Origin: an uncultured Actinomycetota bacterium | GTDB taxonomy: Bacteria > Actinomycetota > Actinomycetes > Propionibacteriales > Nocardioidaceae | Length of the DNA stretch: 64,000 bases | Direction: 5' to 3' | NCBI GenBank assembly: GCA_963836745.1 | Contig: CAWIKJ010000017.1 | Location: 339,399-403,398 of the forward strand | Part shown: in pieces, positions 44,628 to 56,083 of the stretch | Layout: each line of letters begins with the position of its first letter | Numbering within the stretch: position 1 is the stretch's first letter | The notes under the pieces: generated by a model | The model's database searches: none | Told to the model about the DNA's origin: nothing | Seen by the model: only the letters and a program-made list of their open reading frames with translations | Translations under genes and position numbers: made by a program

Positions 44628-45575
44628 TCACGATGCCGACCCGAGCCCGGGAGCGCGGCGGTCCCACTCCGCCGGCGGCACCGCCCCCTCGAGCAGGTCG
44701 GCCACGAGCCCCACCAGCGAGTGGTCGGGGTCGACCTCACGGCCCCGGTCGACCGCGCACCAGGCGAGCGCGCCGTCGCCCGCCAGCCACGCCGCGAACG
44801 CCAGCACGCCGGCCGCGTGGGGCAGCAGGTCGTCGGGGCAGCGGCGCACCAGCCCCGACCAGAGCTCCACGTGGCGGCGGGCGTCCGCCCGCGTGATCCC
44901 CGCCCACGCCGCGTCCCGGACCCGGGGGTCGGCCACCGCCAGCAGCAACCGGGCCGCCTCGGCGTCGGTCGGCGACGTCGAGGCCTCCGTGTGGGTCGCG
45001 ACCAGCCGGGCCACCCAGGCGCCGGACGCCTCCGGCTGCGGCAGCGCGCGCTCGACCGCCGCGACGTCCTCGGGCCGGCTCGCGAGGGTCGCCGCCAGCG
45101 CCTCCCGCGACCCGTGCAGGACCCGACCGTCGAGCACCGCGGCGGCCACGAACGGATGGCTGGACACGTCGTAGGGCACCCCGGCCGGGATCCGCGTCGG
45201 CGGACCGTGCAGCGGGTGCCAGCGCCCGTCGTCGACGCGCAGCGCCTCCAGGACGGTCGACCCCGGCACGCTCGAAGCGCCGGCGCAGCACCCGCGCCGT
45301 GCGGCGAGCACACCGGTCGTCGTCGGTGAACAGCACGAAGACGACCGCCTCCGCGCCGTGGCCGGCCGCGGGTCTCAGCAGCAGGTCGGCGACCTCTGCC
45401 AGGTCGCCCGCGTGTCGGGCAGGTCGACCCGGGCGTGGCAGGGGTGGCGCGCCCCGAGGGTGAGCATCACGATCGAGTCGGCGGGCTCGAATCCGAGCAC
45501 GACCCGCACCACGGCCAGCAGGTCCTCGGGAGTGCGGGCGGTCAGCGTGGTGGGTCCAGTGGTGGGTCCGGTCAT
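44628..45575 (-). CDS. DUF4192 domain protein (frameshifts)
   Basis: PEDLLAVV..VLGFEPADSIV, RVRDAAW, AWLAGDGALAWCAVDR. Confidence 0.8.
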
Positions 45576-45703
45576 GCCGACGAGCCAACCGCCGGCGGCC
45601 GACACGGACGAGGGGCCAGGGTCGCAGCTGTGGAGAACGCGCGGTCGCGGCGATCTGTGGACGGTCAGCGGTCCCGAGTAGGTTGCCTGCCATGAGGCTG
45701 GGC

Positions 45704-47024
45704 ATGCGGCGGGACGCCTCGGTGCTCCACCTCGACCTCGACGCGTTCTTCGCCGCGGTCGAGCAGCGCGACAAGCCCTCGCTGCGCGGCAAGCCGGTGG
45801 TCGTGGGAGGTGTCGGCGGCCGCGGCGTCGTGGCGACGGCGTCGTACGAGGCACGGAAGTACGGCGTGCGCTCGGCCATGTCGACGCGCGAGGCGCGGGC
45901 CCGCTGCCCGCACGCCGCCTTCCTGACCGGCCGGTTCCACGCCTACCGGGACGCCAGCCGGGCGGTGATGGAGCTGCTCCGCAGCGTCTCACCGCTGGTC
46001 GAGCCGCTCTCGCTCGACGAGGCGTTCGTCGACCTGGCCGCGGCCGGCCTGCCCGACCTCTCGCCCGACACGGTGCGCGACTTCGCCGAGGAGCTCCGCG
46101 GCCGGGTCACCGAGGTCACCGGAGGCCTCACCGCCTCGGTCGGCATCGGGACGTCGAAGTTCATCGCCAAGGTGGCCAGCGACCTGGACAAGCCCGACGG
46201 CCTGGTGCTGGTCCCGGCCGGGGGCGAGGTGGAGCTGCTGCGGCCGATGCACGTCACGGTCATCCCGGGCGTCGGCCCGGCGACCGCCGAGCGGCTGCGG
46301 CGCGCCGGCATCCACACCGTCGCCGAGCTGGAGACGGTCAGCCAGGAGGAGCTGGTCCGGCTGCTGGGCCGTTCCCAGGGCGCCAGCCTCCACGCGCTCG
46401 CGCGGGCGCAGGACGACCGGGCCGTCGAGCCCGAGCGGGAGACCAAGTCCGTCTCGGTCGAGGGCACCTACGACACCGACCTGACCGACCGGAAGCTGAT
46501 GGAGGGGCTGCTGACGCGCCAGGCGAACCAGGTCGCGGAACGGCTGCGCAAGCACGGGTTGTCGGGCCGCACGGTGACGATCAAGGTCCGGCTCCACGAC
46601 TTCACCACCCTCAACCGCTCGAGCACCCTGCCCTCCCCCACCGACCACGCGGGCACCATCGCCCGGCTGGCGCGCGGGCTGATCAGCGAGCTCGACACCT
46701 CCGGCGGCGTCCGGCTGCTCGGCGTCGGCGTCTCGGGCCTGGCCGACTGGATCCAGGAGGACCTGTTCGGGCCCGAGCCCGAGGAGGTCGAGGCGGTGCC
46801 CGCGGTGGAGCCGCCGAGCCTGCGCCGCTCGGTGTGGGCGCCCGGGATGGACGTCGTCCACGACGAGATGGGCCGGGGCTGGGTGTGGGGCTCGGGGCGC
46901 GGGCGTGGTCACCGTCCGCTTCGAGACCGCCGCGACCGCCCCGGGCCCGGTGCGCTCCTACCCGATCGACTGTCCCGAGCTCAGCGCGTGGCGGCCGCCC
47001 GACCCTCCTCCCGGTCAGGAGTGA
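45704..47024 (+). CDS. dinB: DNA polymerase IV (frameshift ~46900)
   Basis: HLDLDAFFAAVE, ASYEAR, SLDEAF, KVASDLDKPDG, QEDLF clamp-binding-like motif. Confidence 0.93.
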
Positions 47025-47850
47025 ACCGGACCTCGTCGCCGGGCCGGAGCTGGGCGCACTGCCACAGGTCGTCGGTGCGGACGACGCCGATCACCGGGTA
47101 GCCACCGGTCGGTGGGTGATCGGCCAGGAACACCACGGGCCGGCCGTCCGGCGGCACCTGCACCGAGCCGAGCACCATCCCCTCGCTGGGCAGCTCGTCG
47201 GTGCGCGCCCGCGCAGCTCCGGACCGTCGAGCCGCAGCCCGATCCGGTTCGACTCCGTCGTGACGACGTACGACGAGCACGACAGCGTCTGCCAGGCGGT
47301 CGGGTCGAACCAGTCGTCGCGGGGACCGGGCGTGACCCGGAGCGGTCCCCGCCGCGCCCGTGGCGCCACGTCGAGCGGCCGCGGGGTCGAGGTGGCGGTG
47401 CCGACCGGCAACCGGTCCCCGTCACCGACCCGGGGCGGGCCCACCCACGCGAGCGTGTCGGTGGAGCGGGAGCCCAGCACCGGCGCCACGTCGATGCCGC
47501 CGGCCACGGCCAGGTAGCTGCGCATGCCCTGCGCCGGGGCCGCGATCGTCAGCTCCGCTCCGGCGGGCCACCACACCGCCTCCCCGTGCGCGCCGGCCAC
47601 GCCCCCGATCCGCAGCGACCCCGCGGCGCCGGTCACGCGCGACCCAGCACCCGGTGTCGGTGGTGGCCGCGAACCCGCCCATCACGATCTCGAGCAGGGC
47701 GGCGTCGGGGTCGTTGCCGACCAGCCGCTGCGCCAGCTCGGCCGCGGGGCGGTCCAGGGCGCCGGCCCGGGGGACGCCGAGGTGGGCGTAGCCCGGCCGG
47801 CCCCGGTCCTGGACGGTCGTGAGCGGGCCGGCGCTGCGGACGGTGATCAC
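46981..47850 (-). CDS. pxpC: 5-oxoprolinase subunit C (frameshifts)
   Basis: TTVQDRGRPG, GALD, RSYLAVAGG, LGSRST, SNRIGLRL, GSVQVPPDG.P, PTGGYP. Confidence 0.85.
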
Positions 47851-48458
47851 GAGGCGTCCCGGAACCGCACGCGGGTGCCCGGTGCCAGCAGCGCCGGCGG
47901 CTCGCGGGTGGCGTCCCACAAGGTGGTGTCGGTGCGGCCGAGCAGTCGCCAGCCGCCCGGCGAGCCGGTCGGGTAGACCCCGCACCAGGAACCGGCCAGC
48001 CCGACCGCGCCGACGGGCACCGAGGTCCGGGGGGTGTCAAGCCGCGGCACCGCGAGGTCCTCGGGCAGTCCGGCCAGATAGGCGAAGCCCGGGCGCGAAC
48101 CCGCAGAACCGCGACACGAACTCGATCGCGGTGTGACGCGCGACGACGTCCTCGGGCGTGGTCCCCCACCGGGTCGCCACGTCGGCCAGGTCCGGTCCGT
48201 CGTAGGTCACCGGGATCTCGACCAGCTCTCCGTGGCTCGTCGGACTCCCCCGGGTGCCAGCGTCGAGCAGGAGGACCTCGAGCGCCGCGACGTCGTCGAT
48301 CCCGTCGACCAGCACCGTCTGGGCTGCGGGCACCACGTCGGGCGCGACATCGCGCCAGCGCAGCCAGGCTGCGAGGTCGGCACAGTGCCGCGGGATCGGT
48401 CGGCTCGACCAGCACCGCACGGCGGCCGGCGGGAACCGTCCGGGCGATCGACGAGCAT
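47847..48458 (-). CDS. pxpB: 5-oxoprolinase subunit B (many frameshifts)
   Basis: EIPVTYDGPDL, GFAPGFAYL, PRTSVPVGAV, YPTGSPGGWRLLG. Confidence 0.8.
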
Positions 48459-48479
48459 GCGTAGGAGTTTCTCCGCAGA

Positions 48480-48670
48480 GAAAGGGGTGAGGGGCCCTTG
48501 ATGGTATGAGCATCAGGGGCCCCTCGGCTTGACCGGTTGCGTGACGCCCGGCCCACCGAACCGTCCTCCGACCCCGCCGCCCCCGTCACCGGGCCGACGC
48601 GGCGAGCGAGCTCGCCGTGCGGATCCTCGTCCGATTCGATCCCCGACCCTCCGCGAGCGGCGGGTCGGTA
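48480..48670 (-). ncRNA. Candidate structured small RNA between pxpA and pxpB
   Basis: TTGCGC-N18-TAGAAC promoter (48706-48677), four consecutive stem-loops, terminal 15-bp hairpin; strand inferred from the promoter. Confidence 0.45.
48489..48525. terminator. Strong hairpin
   Basis: GAGGGGCCCTTGATG-GTATGAG-CATCAGGGGCCCCTC; CCCCTTTTCT follows on the minus strand. Confidence 0.7.
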
Positions 48671-48793
48671 GGGAGAGTTCTACGTGGCCCGGAGCACACC
48701 GCGCAAGGGTTTCCGGAACATTCCGCCGGTCCCACAGGAGCGTCCACAGAACCGGGCCCCGAGTGCACAGGCGGACCCGCTTCCTCCACAGGT

Positions 48794-49508
48794 TCAGGGC
48801 GGTGCTGTGGACGACCAGGGCGCCCGCAGCGCCAGCCCCGCCGCCTCCAGCGCCTGCCGGCAGGCGACCGCGTGGGCCACCGCGCCGGGGCTGTCGCCGT
48901 GGACGCAGACCGAGTCGACCTCGGCGGCCAGCTCGACCGCGCGGGCGGCGATCGCGTCGGTGTCGTCGAGCACCGCTCCCGGCCGGTCGCGGGGCAGCAG
49001 CCGGCCGTCGGCGCCGTAGCCGCGGTCGGGGAAGCCCTCGCGGTAGGTGGCCCGGCCGGCCGCCTCCGCGAGCGTGAGCAGCCGTCCCGCCATCCCCAGC
49101 ACCGGCAGCGACCCGGAGCCGGCCAGCACGGCCGCCGCCTGCTCCTCGTCGTCGAGCACCCGGTGGTAGAGCGCGCCGTGGGGCTTCAGGTAGACCACCG
49201 CCGTGCCCGCGCGGCGGGCGATCGCGTCGAGGGTGCCGACCTGGTCGGCGACCTGCTCGCGCAGCACCTCGCCGGCGACGTCGAGCGCCCGCCTGCCGAA
49301 GTGCTCGCGGTCGGCGTAGGAGACCTGGGCGCCGACGGCGACGCCGAGCCGGGCCGCCTCCTCGCACACCGCGGTCATGGTCGGCGACCGTCCCGGCGTG
49401 GTAGCCGCAGGCGACGTTGGCGCTGGTCACGACCGCCAGCAGGCCGGCGTCGTCGGTGACCTCCTCGCCCAGGTCGGCGTTGAGGTCGACGGTCGCGCTC
49501 AGGCTCAC
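48794..49508 (-). CDS. pxpA: 5-oxoprolinase subunit A (LamB/YcsF); frameshift ~49380
   Basis: [45 protein letters not shown]. Confidence 0.88.
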
Positions 49509-50385
49509 GAGGTGCTCCTCCTCGACGACGTAGCCGAGCCGTTCGTAGAGCGCCCGCGCGTGCAGGTTGGGACCGAACACGTTGAGCCCGAGCCAGGCCA
49601 CCCCTCGACTCACGGGCCCAGCCGGGCGCCGTGCACCATCGCGGCCGCGCCGAGGCCCCGACCCCGCCACGCCTCGGCTCGACCTCGACGTCGTAGACCC
49701 AGGCCTGCGCCGGCCAGCGCATCGCCCATCCAGAGCACCCCCGCGCGCTCGGCCTCGTGCCGCACGGTGAACAGGTGCTGCCCGGGGCCGGGACGCCCCG
49801 CGGGGATCATCTCGTCGAAGGACGCCCGGGCGGTCGCGAGGGCCAGCGCCGGGCGACTCCCCCGCCTCCTCCCGCGAGCGGCGTACGTCGCCACCGCGCC
49901 CTCGGCGAAGGCGGTCACCTCGTCCTCGGTCATCGGCGCCGACCTCGACCCGGTCGGCCAGCTCCTCCGCCGGGCACCGGCGCCGCTGACGTCGAGCCGC
50001 ATGTTGGTCGCGGTCAGCCGGAACGTGCCGTCGGCGACGAACGCCTCCCTGCTCGGCTCACCCGGCAGCACGCTGGTCGTCAGCGGCGCACCCGCCTCGG
50101 ACGTCGCGAGCTCGCGCAGCGCCGCGATCGCCGCCGGGGCAGTCGGCCCCGGACGTCGTGCACCGGCGTGTGCTCCCCGTCCGGGCCCAGCCACACGAAG
50201 CCGATCGGGCAGCCGCAGCAGCCGCGACTCGGGCAGCAGCCGCGCCACCAGGTCACGCGCCGCGGACCGGCCGGCCGCCTCGTCGGCGTACCGGTGCCGG
50301 ATCCGCCACTGCCACTGGCGCTCGACCAGCTCGTCGACGAGCGGATCGTCGGCGGTCGGTGACGCCCTGCTCGAGGCTCGCTCAC
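49500..50385 (-). CDS. GNAT family acetyltransferase (many frameshifts; ends approximate)
   Basis: [35 protein letters not shown]. Confidence 0.7.
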
Positions 50386-50409
50386 CCGACGCACTCTAGA
50401 TTGGCGAGC

Positions 50410-52551
50410 ATGTCCCAGCAGCCCGTCCTCACCCCGCCCGTCGCCGATCCGCGGCCGGTGACGACCACCCACCACGGCCGTACCCGGGTCGACGAGTACG
50501 ACTGGCTCCGGGACAAGGACGACCCGGAGGTGGTGGCCCACCTGACCGCCGAGAACGACCACACCCAGGCGGCCACCGCCCACCTCGCCGACCTGCGCGA
50601 GGCGATCTTCGGCGAGATCAAGGCCCGCACCCTCGAGACCGACCTGTCGGTGCCGAGCCGCAACCGCGGCTACTGGTACTACGGCCGCTCCTTCGAGGGA
50701 CGCGAGTACGGCGCCAGCTGCCGGGTCCCGGTGGCCGACCCGGCCGACTGGACCCCGCCCACCCCCGACGAGGACTGCGCCCCCGACCAGCCCGCGCTGC
50801 CCGGCGAGGAGGTGCTGCTCGACCTCGACCAGCTCGCCGGCGACAGCGAGTTCTTCTCGCTCGGCGGCTCGACCGTCAGCCCCGACACCCACCTGCTGGC
50901 CTACGCGACCGACACCACCGGCGACGAGCGCTACACGATCCGGGTCAAGGACCTGCGCACCGGCGAGCTCACCGGCGACGAGATCACCGGGGTGCTCGGC
51001 GGCGCCACCTGGCACCCCGACAGCGCGTCGTTCTTCTACGCCACCGTCGACGAGACCTGGCGGCCCGACAAGGTGTGGCGCCACCGGCTCGGCACCGCCC
51101 AGGCCGACGACGAGCTGGTCCACCACGAGACCGACCCGCGGTTCTGGGCCGGCGTCGGCCGCACCCGCACCGACCGGTTCATGCAGATCGTGTCCGGCTC
51201 CAAGACCACCACCGAGGTCCGGCTGCTCGACACCGAGGACCCCGAGGCGGGCTTCTGGGTCTTCGCGGAGCGTCGCGAGGGCCTGGAGTACGGCGTGGAG
51301 CACGGCGTGGTCGGCGGCCGCGACGTGCTGCTGGTGCTGCACAACCACACCGGACCCGACTTCGAGCTCGGCACCGCACCGGTCGCGCCGACGCCGGCCG
51401 AGGACTGGCAGCCGCTGCTCCCCCACGACCCCGCCGTCCGGCTCGAGGACGTCGACGCGTTCGCCGGCCACCTCGTGGTCCACCAGCGCAGCGAGGGCCT
51501 CACCCAGCTGCGGATCCTCACCCTCGACGCGGAGGGGGTCGACGACGACCACCTGGTCGAGTTCGACCAGGAGATCTACACCGTCGGCTCCTCGGGCAAC
51601 CCGGACTTCCACGCGCCGGTGATCCGGCTCGGCTACACCTCGCTGTCGGTGCCGGCCTCGGTCTACGACTACGAGGTCGCCACCCGGGACCTGCGGCTGC
51701 TGCGGCGGACGCCCGGTGCTGGGCGGCTACGACCCGGCCGACTACGAGGAGCACCGGCTCTGGGCCACCGCCGACGACGGCGAGCGGATCCCGATCTCGT
51801 TCGTGAGCCGGCGCGGCGCGGCCGCCGACGGGCCGATCCCGGTGCTGCTCTACGGCTACGGCGCCTACGAGATCTCGATGGACCCCTACTTCTCGATCGC
51901 CCGGCTCTCGCTGCTCGACCGCGGCGCCGGTTTCGCGATCGCCCACGTCCGCGGCGGCGGCGAGATGGGACGACGCTGGTACGACGAGGGGAAGATGCTG
52001 AAGAAGCGCTCCTCGTTCACCGACTTCGTCGCCTGCGCCCGGCACCTGGTCGACGAGGGCCTGACCCGTCCCGAGGTGCTCGTCGCCGAGGGCGGCAGCG
52101 CCGGCGGGCTGCTGATGGGCGCGGTGGCCAACCTCGCGCCGTCGGCGTTCGCGGGCGTGGTCGCGGGCGTCCCCTTCGTCGACAACCTCACCACGATGCT
52201 CGACGCGAGCCTGCCGCTGACCGTCATCGAGTACGACGAGTGGGGCAACCCCGAGGCCGATCCGGAGACCTACGACTACATCGCGTCGTACGCGCCGTAC
52301 GACAACGTCGCTGCCCGTCGACTACCCGCCGATCCTGGCCGAGGTGTCCCTCCACGACACCCGCGTGATGTACGTCGAGGCCGCGAAGTGGGTGGCCCGG
52401 CTGCGGGCGACGGCGACCGGGGACAGCGGCGTTCCTGCTCAAGACGGAGATGTCCGCCGGCCACGGCGGGGTCTCGGGGCGCTACAAGTCCTGGAAGGAC
52501 CGCGCGTTCACCCTGGCCTGGATCCTCGATCGGATGGGCCTGGCCGCATAG
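50410..52551 (+). CDS. ptrB: S9A oligopeptidase B (frameshifts ~51712, ~52315, ~52430)
   Basis: DEYDWLR, YGYGAYE, HVRGGGEMG, GGSAGG nucleophile, EWGNP, HDTRV, GHGG. Confidence 0.9.
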
Positions 52552-52674
52552 GGAGAGCGGCCGCGGGTACGTCCACCCCTGAGAAGTCCCTGAGAGTTGC
52601 CGGGAATGGCAACTTCTCGGGCCGTCTCACCCGTCGTTCGGGTCAAGGACTCCGAACTCCTGGACATTCCGTCG

Positions 52675-52701
52675 GGAATCACCGGGGTCGCGGATTCGTT
52701 G
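52675..52701 (+). promoter_or_regulatory. SigR/SigH-like promoter of the group-2 sigma gene (a SigE-like GCAAC...CGTC lies at ~52608-52635)
   Basis: GGAAT-N18-GTTG. Confidence 0.65.
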
Positions 52702-52730
52702 ACGAACGTACGAGGGAAAGGGGCGGCATC

Positions 52731-53687
52731 ATGGCGACACGCACCGCATCAGCCGGGGCCCGCGAGATCGAGGGCCGCGACAGCGTCGGGCTCTACCTGG
52801 ACGAGATCGCGCGCAACCCGCTGCTCGACGCCGCCACCGAGGTCGAGCTCGCGAAGAGCATCGAGACCGGGCTGATGGCCCAGCACCTGCTCGACACCGG
52901 GCGGGTCGCCCGCGCCAAGGGTGGCGCGCCACTGCGTGCCTCCCGCGAGGAGCTCGAGTGGCTGGCCGAGGAGGGCCAGCGCGCCATCGACACCTTCATC
53001 ACCGCCAACCTGCGGCTGGTCGTCTCGATCGCCCGCAAGTACGGCCGGGCGCAGATGCCGATGCTCGACCTGATCCAGGAGGGCAACACCGGCCTGATCC
53101 GCGCGGTCGAGAAGTTCGACTACGCCAAGGGCTACAAGTTCTCCACCTACGCGACCTGGTGGGTGCGGCAGGCCATCACCCGCGGCATCGCCCAGCAGGC
53201 GCGGGTCGTCCGGCTCCCGGTCCACGTCGTCGAGGAGCTCAACCAGGTGGGCGGCGCCCGCCGTACCCTCGAGCGCCAGCTCGGCCGGTCCCCGGAGCCC
53301 GAGGAGATCGCGACCGAGCTCGGCATGGACCTCGATCGGGTCCTCGACCTGCTGTCGTGGGGCCGCGAGCACGTCAGCCTCGACACCCCGGTCGACGAGG
53401 ACGGCGACACCTCGCTGGGCGACCTGATCGCCCAGGAGAGCACGCCCGGCCCCGACCTGAACGTGCTCGACACCGAGTCCCGGGAGCGGCTCAACACCCT
53501 CGTGGGCCGGCTCGACGACCGGTCAGCGGACATCATCCGGTCGCGCTACGGCCTGGTCGACGGCCGACAGCACAAGCTCGCCGACATCGGCGTCAGGCAC
53601 GGGATCTCTGCCGAACGCGTCCGCCAGCTCGAGAGGGAGGCGCTGCAGCGCCTGCGTCGTCTGGGCGACCCGGACCTCGCCGCCTGA
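52731..53687 (+). CDS. Group-2 sigma-70 factor (SigB/HrdD-like)
   Basis: [43 protein letters not shown]; no region 1.1. Confidence 0.9.
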   Translation: MATRTASAGAREIEGRDSVGLYLDEIARNPLLDAATEVELAKSIETGLMAQHLLDTGRVARAKGGAPLRASREELEWLAEEGQRAIDTFITANLRLVVSIARKYGRAQMPMLDLIQEGNTGLIRAVEKFDYAKGYKFSTYATWWVRQAITRGIAQQARVVRLPVHVVEELNQVGGARRTLERQLGRSPEPEEIATELGMDLDRVLDLLSWGREHVSLDTPVDEDGDTSLGDLIAQESTPGPDLNVLDTESRERLNTLVGRLDDRSADIIRSRYGLVDGRQHKLADIGVRHGISAERVRQLEREALQRLRRLGDPDLAA

Positions 53688-54567
53688 TCCGGTCCGTCGT
53701 CCGGGTCCCGCTGCCCGGGAGGTTCGCCGCTGCGATCCCCGCGCGGGCAAAGGCCGGTTCGGGCCCGGGCACCTGGCCGAGCAGCCGCAGGAGGAGTCTC
53801 CGCTCCACGCGCTGCCGCGCGGCGTCGTCGTTGGCAATCCGGCCCAGCGCGTCGAGGTAGAGACCCTGGTTGGTGCTGCTGGGTTCGACGCCGAGCTCCT
53901 CGCGGAGCCGGATCCGGAAGTCGGCGTAGTCGCGCAGCGCGTCGGAGCGTGCGTCCAGTGCGAGCAGGGCCTGCAGCACGACCTGCTGAGTGGCGTCGCT
54001 GACCGGGTCCTCGGCCTGGGCGCGGCGGGCCAGCAGCAGCGCCCGATCGGTGGCTCCCACGGCGAGGGCTCCCTGCGCCGCGCGGCGCAGGGCTGCCGCC
54101 AGCAGCCCGCGCACCTGCTCCCGGACATCGATGGCGAAGCTCGCGTAGGGGCTGCTGGCCAGCAGGTCCCGGAGCTGCCACGGAGCGAGCGCGTCCACCA
54201 CCTCGAAGGCTCGGTCAGCAGGCGCCTGCAGTGACGCGACCAGCGTCGCCCGGGTCTCGGTCAGGTCCACCCGCACCTCCTCTGCGAGCAGGTAGCCGTT
54301 GTGGACGGTCCGCAGCGTGGACCTCGGGAATCCCTGAGCCGCCAGGTGGCGCCGTACGACCGAGATGTGGCTCTCGAGGGTGGCGGAGTACGTCGACGGG
54401 GGACGTCCCTCCCAGAGCCCGTCGGCAAGGACGTCCTTGCACACCGGCTGGCCCTGCCGCGTCGCCAGCATCTCGAGCAGCTGTCGCGGCTTGACGCCGC
54501 CGAAATCGGTGTGCACCCCTTGCTCGCCGTCGAGCCTGGTGATTCCCCATAGCCGGATCTGCTGCAT
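53593..54567 (-). CDS. SARP-like (wHTH + BTAD) transcriptional regulator; 3' end uncertain
   Basis: GGVKPRQLLEML, LADGLW, LESHISVVR, GYLL, LREELGVEPS. Confidence 0.85.
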   Translation of the reverse strand: MQQIRLWGITRLDGEQGVHTDFGGVKPRQLLEMLATRQGQPVCKDVLADGLWEGRPPSTYSATLESHISVVRRHLAAQGFPRSTLRTVHNGYLLAEEVRVDLTETRATLVASLQAPADRAFEVVDALAPWQLRDLLASSPYASFAIDVREQVRGLLAAALRRAAQGALAVGATDRALLLARRAQAEDPVSDATQQVVLQALLALDARSDALRDYADFRIRLREELGVEPSSTNQGLYLDALGRIANDDAARQRVERRLLLRLLGQVPGPEPAFARAGIAAANLPGSGTRTTDRIRRRGPGRPDDAGAAAPPSRAGGRVRQRSRA

Positions 54568-54662
54568 CTCAGTTCCCCTCCCCCGGACGGTCCCCCCCGC
54601 CGCATGTTCGATGCTGTGCGAGGTGCGTCGCAGAGGCATCCCCCATCGACAGGTCGCCGAGT

Positions 54663-54676
54663 CCCCAATATTGGGG
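54663..54676. promoter_or_regulatory. Perfect palindrome upstream of the SARP gene
   Basis: CCCCAATATTGGGG. Confidence 0.4.
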
Positions 54677-54710
54677 GTCGTCTGACCCACCACCCGTCTT
54701 TCTCGACAGG

Positions 54711-56076
54711 TCAAGCCGTGGTGGACGGCTGGGGCGCCGGATTTTCCGCTCGCGCGGGAGTCACCGGCCACTCGGCCACGAGCCGTGCTCCTCCGTCAGG
54801 GAGGCTCAGCAGGCGCTGGCGGCCATCGAGGTCGTGCACCAGGTCACGCAGCAGCCGCAGGCCGTAGTGCCCCTCGTCGGTGTCACCGCCATCGGCGGCC
54901 AGGCCCACCCCGTCGTCCTCGACCTCCACTCGCACCCGCGTGTCGCCCGCTCCGCCGGGAGTGGTCACCCGCACCGAGATCGTGGTCGGTCGAGCGTGCC
55001 GCACGGCGTTGCGAACCCCCTCCTGCACCACGCGATGGACCATCTGGCGCGTGTCCCGATCGACAGGCCGCCAGGCCTCCGTCGACCTCGACCGACCAGG
55101 CGATGTCCTCCGGGACGAGTCGAGCCACCAGGGCCTGGATCGTCTGGGCCTGGGTCCCCCCGGGCGCATCCGGCGGCACCAGCTCGCCCAGCATGCCCCG
55201 CAGCACGGCCAGCTCCTCTCCCAGCAGCTCGCACACGCGGGACAACCGGCTGCGCGGATCCTCGGGCAGGTCGGGCGGAATGGTCTGCATGACAGACATG
55301 AGCGCGTAGCGGGTGGCAGCGAGATCCTGGATGATGCCGTCGTGCAGGTCGTGAGCCAGCCGGCGGCGCTCGTTCTCGACGGCGCCCAGCGAGGCGGTCA
55401 CCAGCTTGATGCGTTCGCGGCGGCTGGCCTGCACCCGCCGGACCAGCCGGGCACCCACCATGAGCGCCAGCCCCTCGAACAGCGCGAGGACCGCGACACC
55501 GAGGGGCAGCAGCAGCAACATCGGGGTCGAGCCCAGGCCGACGAGAGTGCCGGCAGCGACTCGCGCCTCCACGACCAGGGGGGTTCCCTGCGCATCGGTG
55601 ATCGGCGTGAACACTGCCACCTCTTCGCCCGCCAGCCCGGCCGGTCGGGCGGTGTTCAACCGCTGACCTCGCTCGGCCGTCAGCGGCTGGGTGGACCCGA
55701 ACAGGTCGCTCAGCTCCGGTTCCAGCACGAAGCTCCGGCCGGTGAGCTCCTCGTCGGTGGACCACAGCACCTGCCCCGATGCGTCCCACACCACCACCGC
55801 CCGTACCCCGGCCTGGTCGGCCGTCTGGGCGGTGGCGTCGGCGAGCTCGGCGTCCAGCGGGGCACTGCCGTCCGCGCTGTCGAGACCTGTCTCCACGACC
55901 GCGGCGACCACCTCGCCCCGGGTCTCGGCCTCCGCGGTCGCAGAACGGTGCGTCAGGTACGTGGTGATCAGCAGCACGCCGACGACGACGACGGCGACCA
56001 GGCCGGCACTCACCAAGGAGAACTGGACGAGCGCGCGCCGGATCAGCGCCTCGTCCCTGCTGTCCTGTACGGGCAT
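54711..56076 (-). CDS. HisKA_3-type sensor histidine kinase (frameshift ~55060)
   Basis: Two TM helices, ERRRLAHDLHD, EGVRNAVRHA, VEDDGVG, GHYGL. Confidence 0.88.
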
Positions 56077-56083
56077 GGCCCCC

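Noticed and set aside
48513-49670. GNAT-PxpA fusion
   Set aside because: The junction (…GTGAGCCTGAGC…) looks like a damaged stop/start overlap in an error-rich stretch
53593-53687. 95-bp convergent overlap between the sigma and SARP genes
   Set aside because: The SARP tail is non-homologous read-through, probably caused by an indel near its true stop
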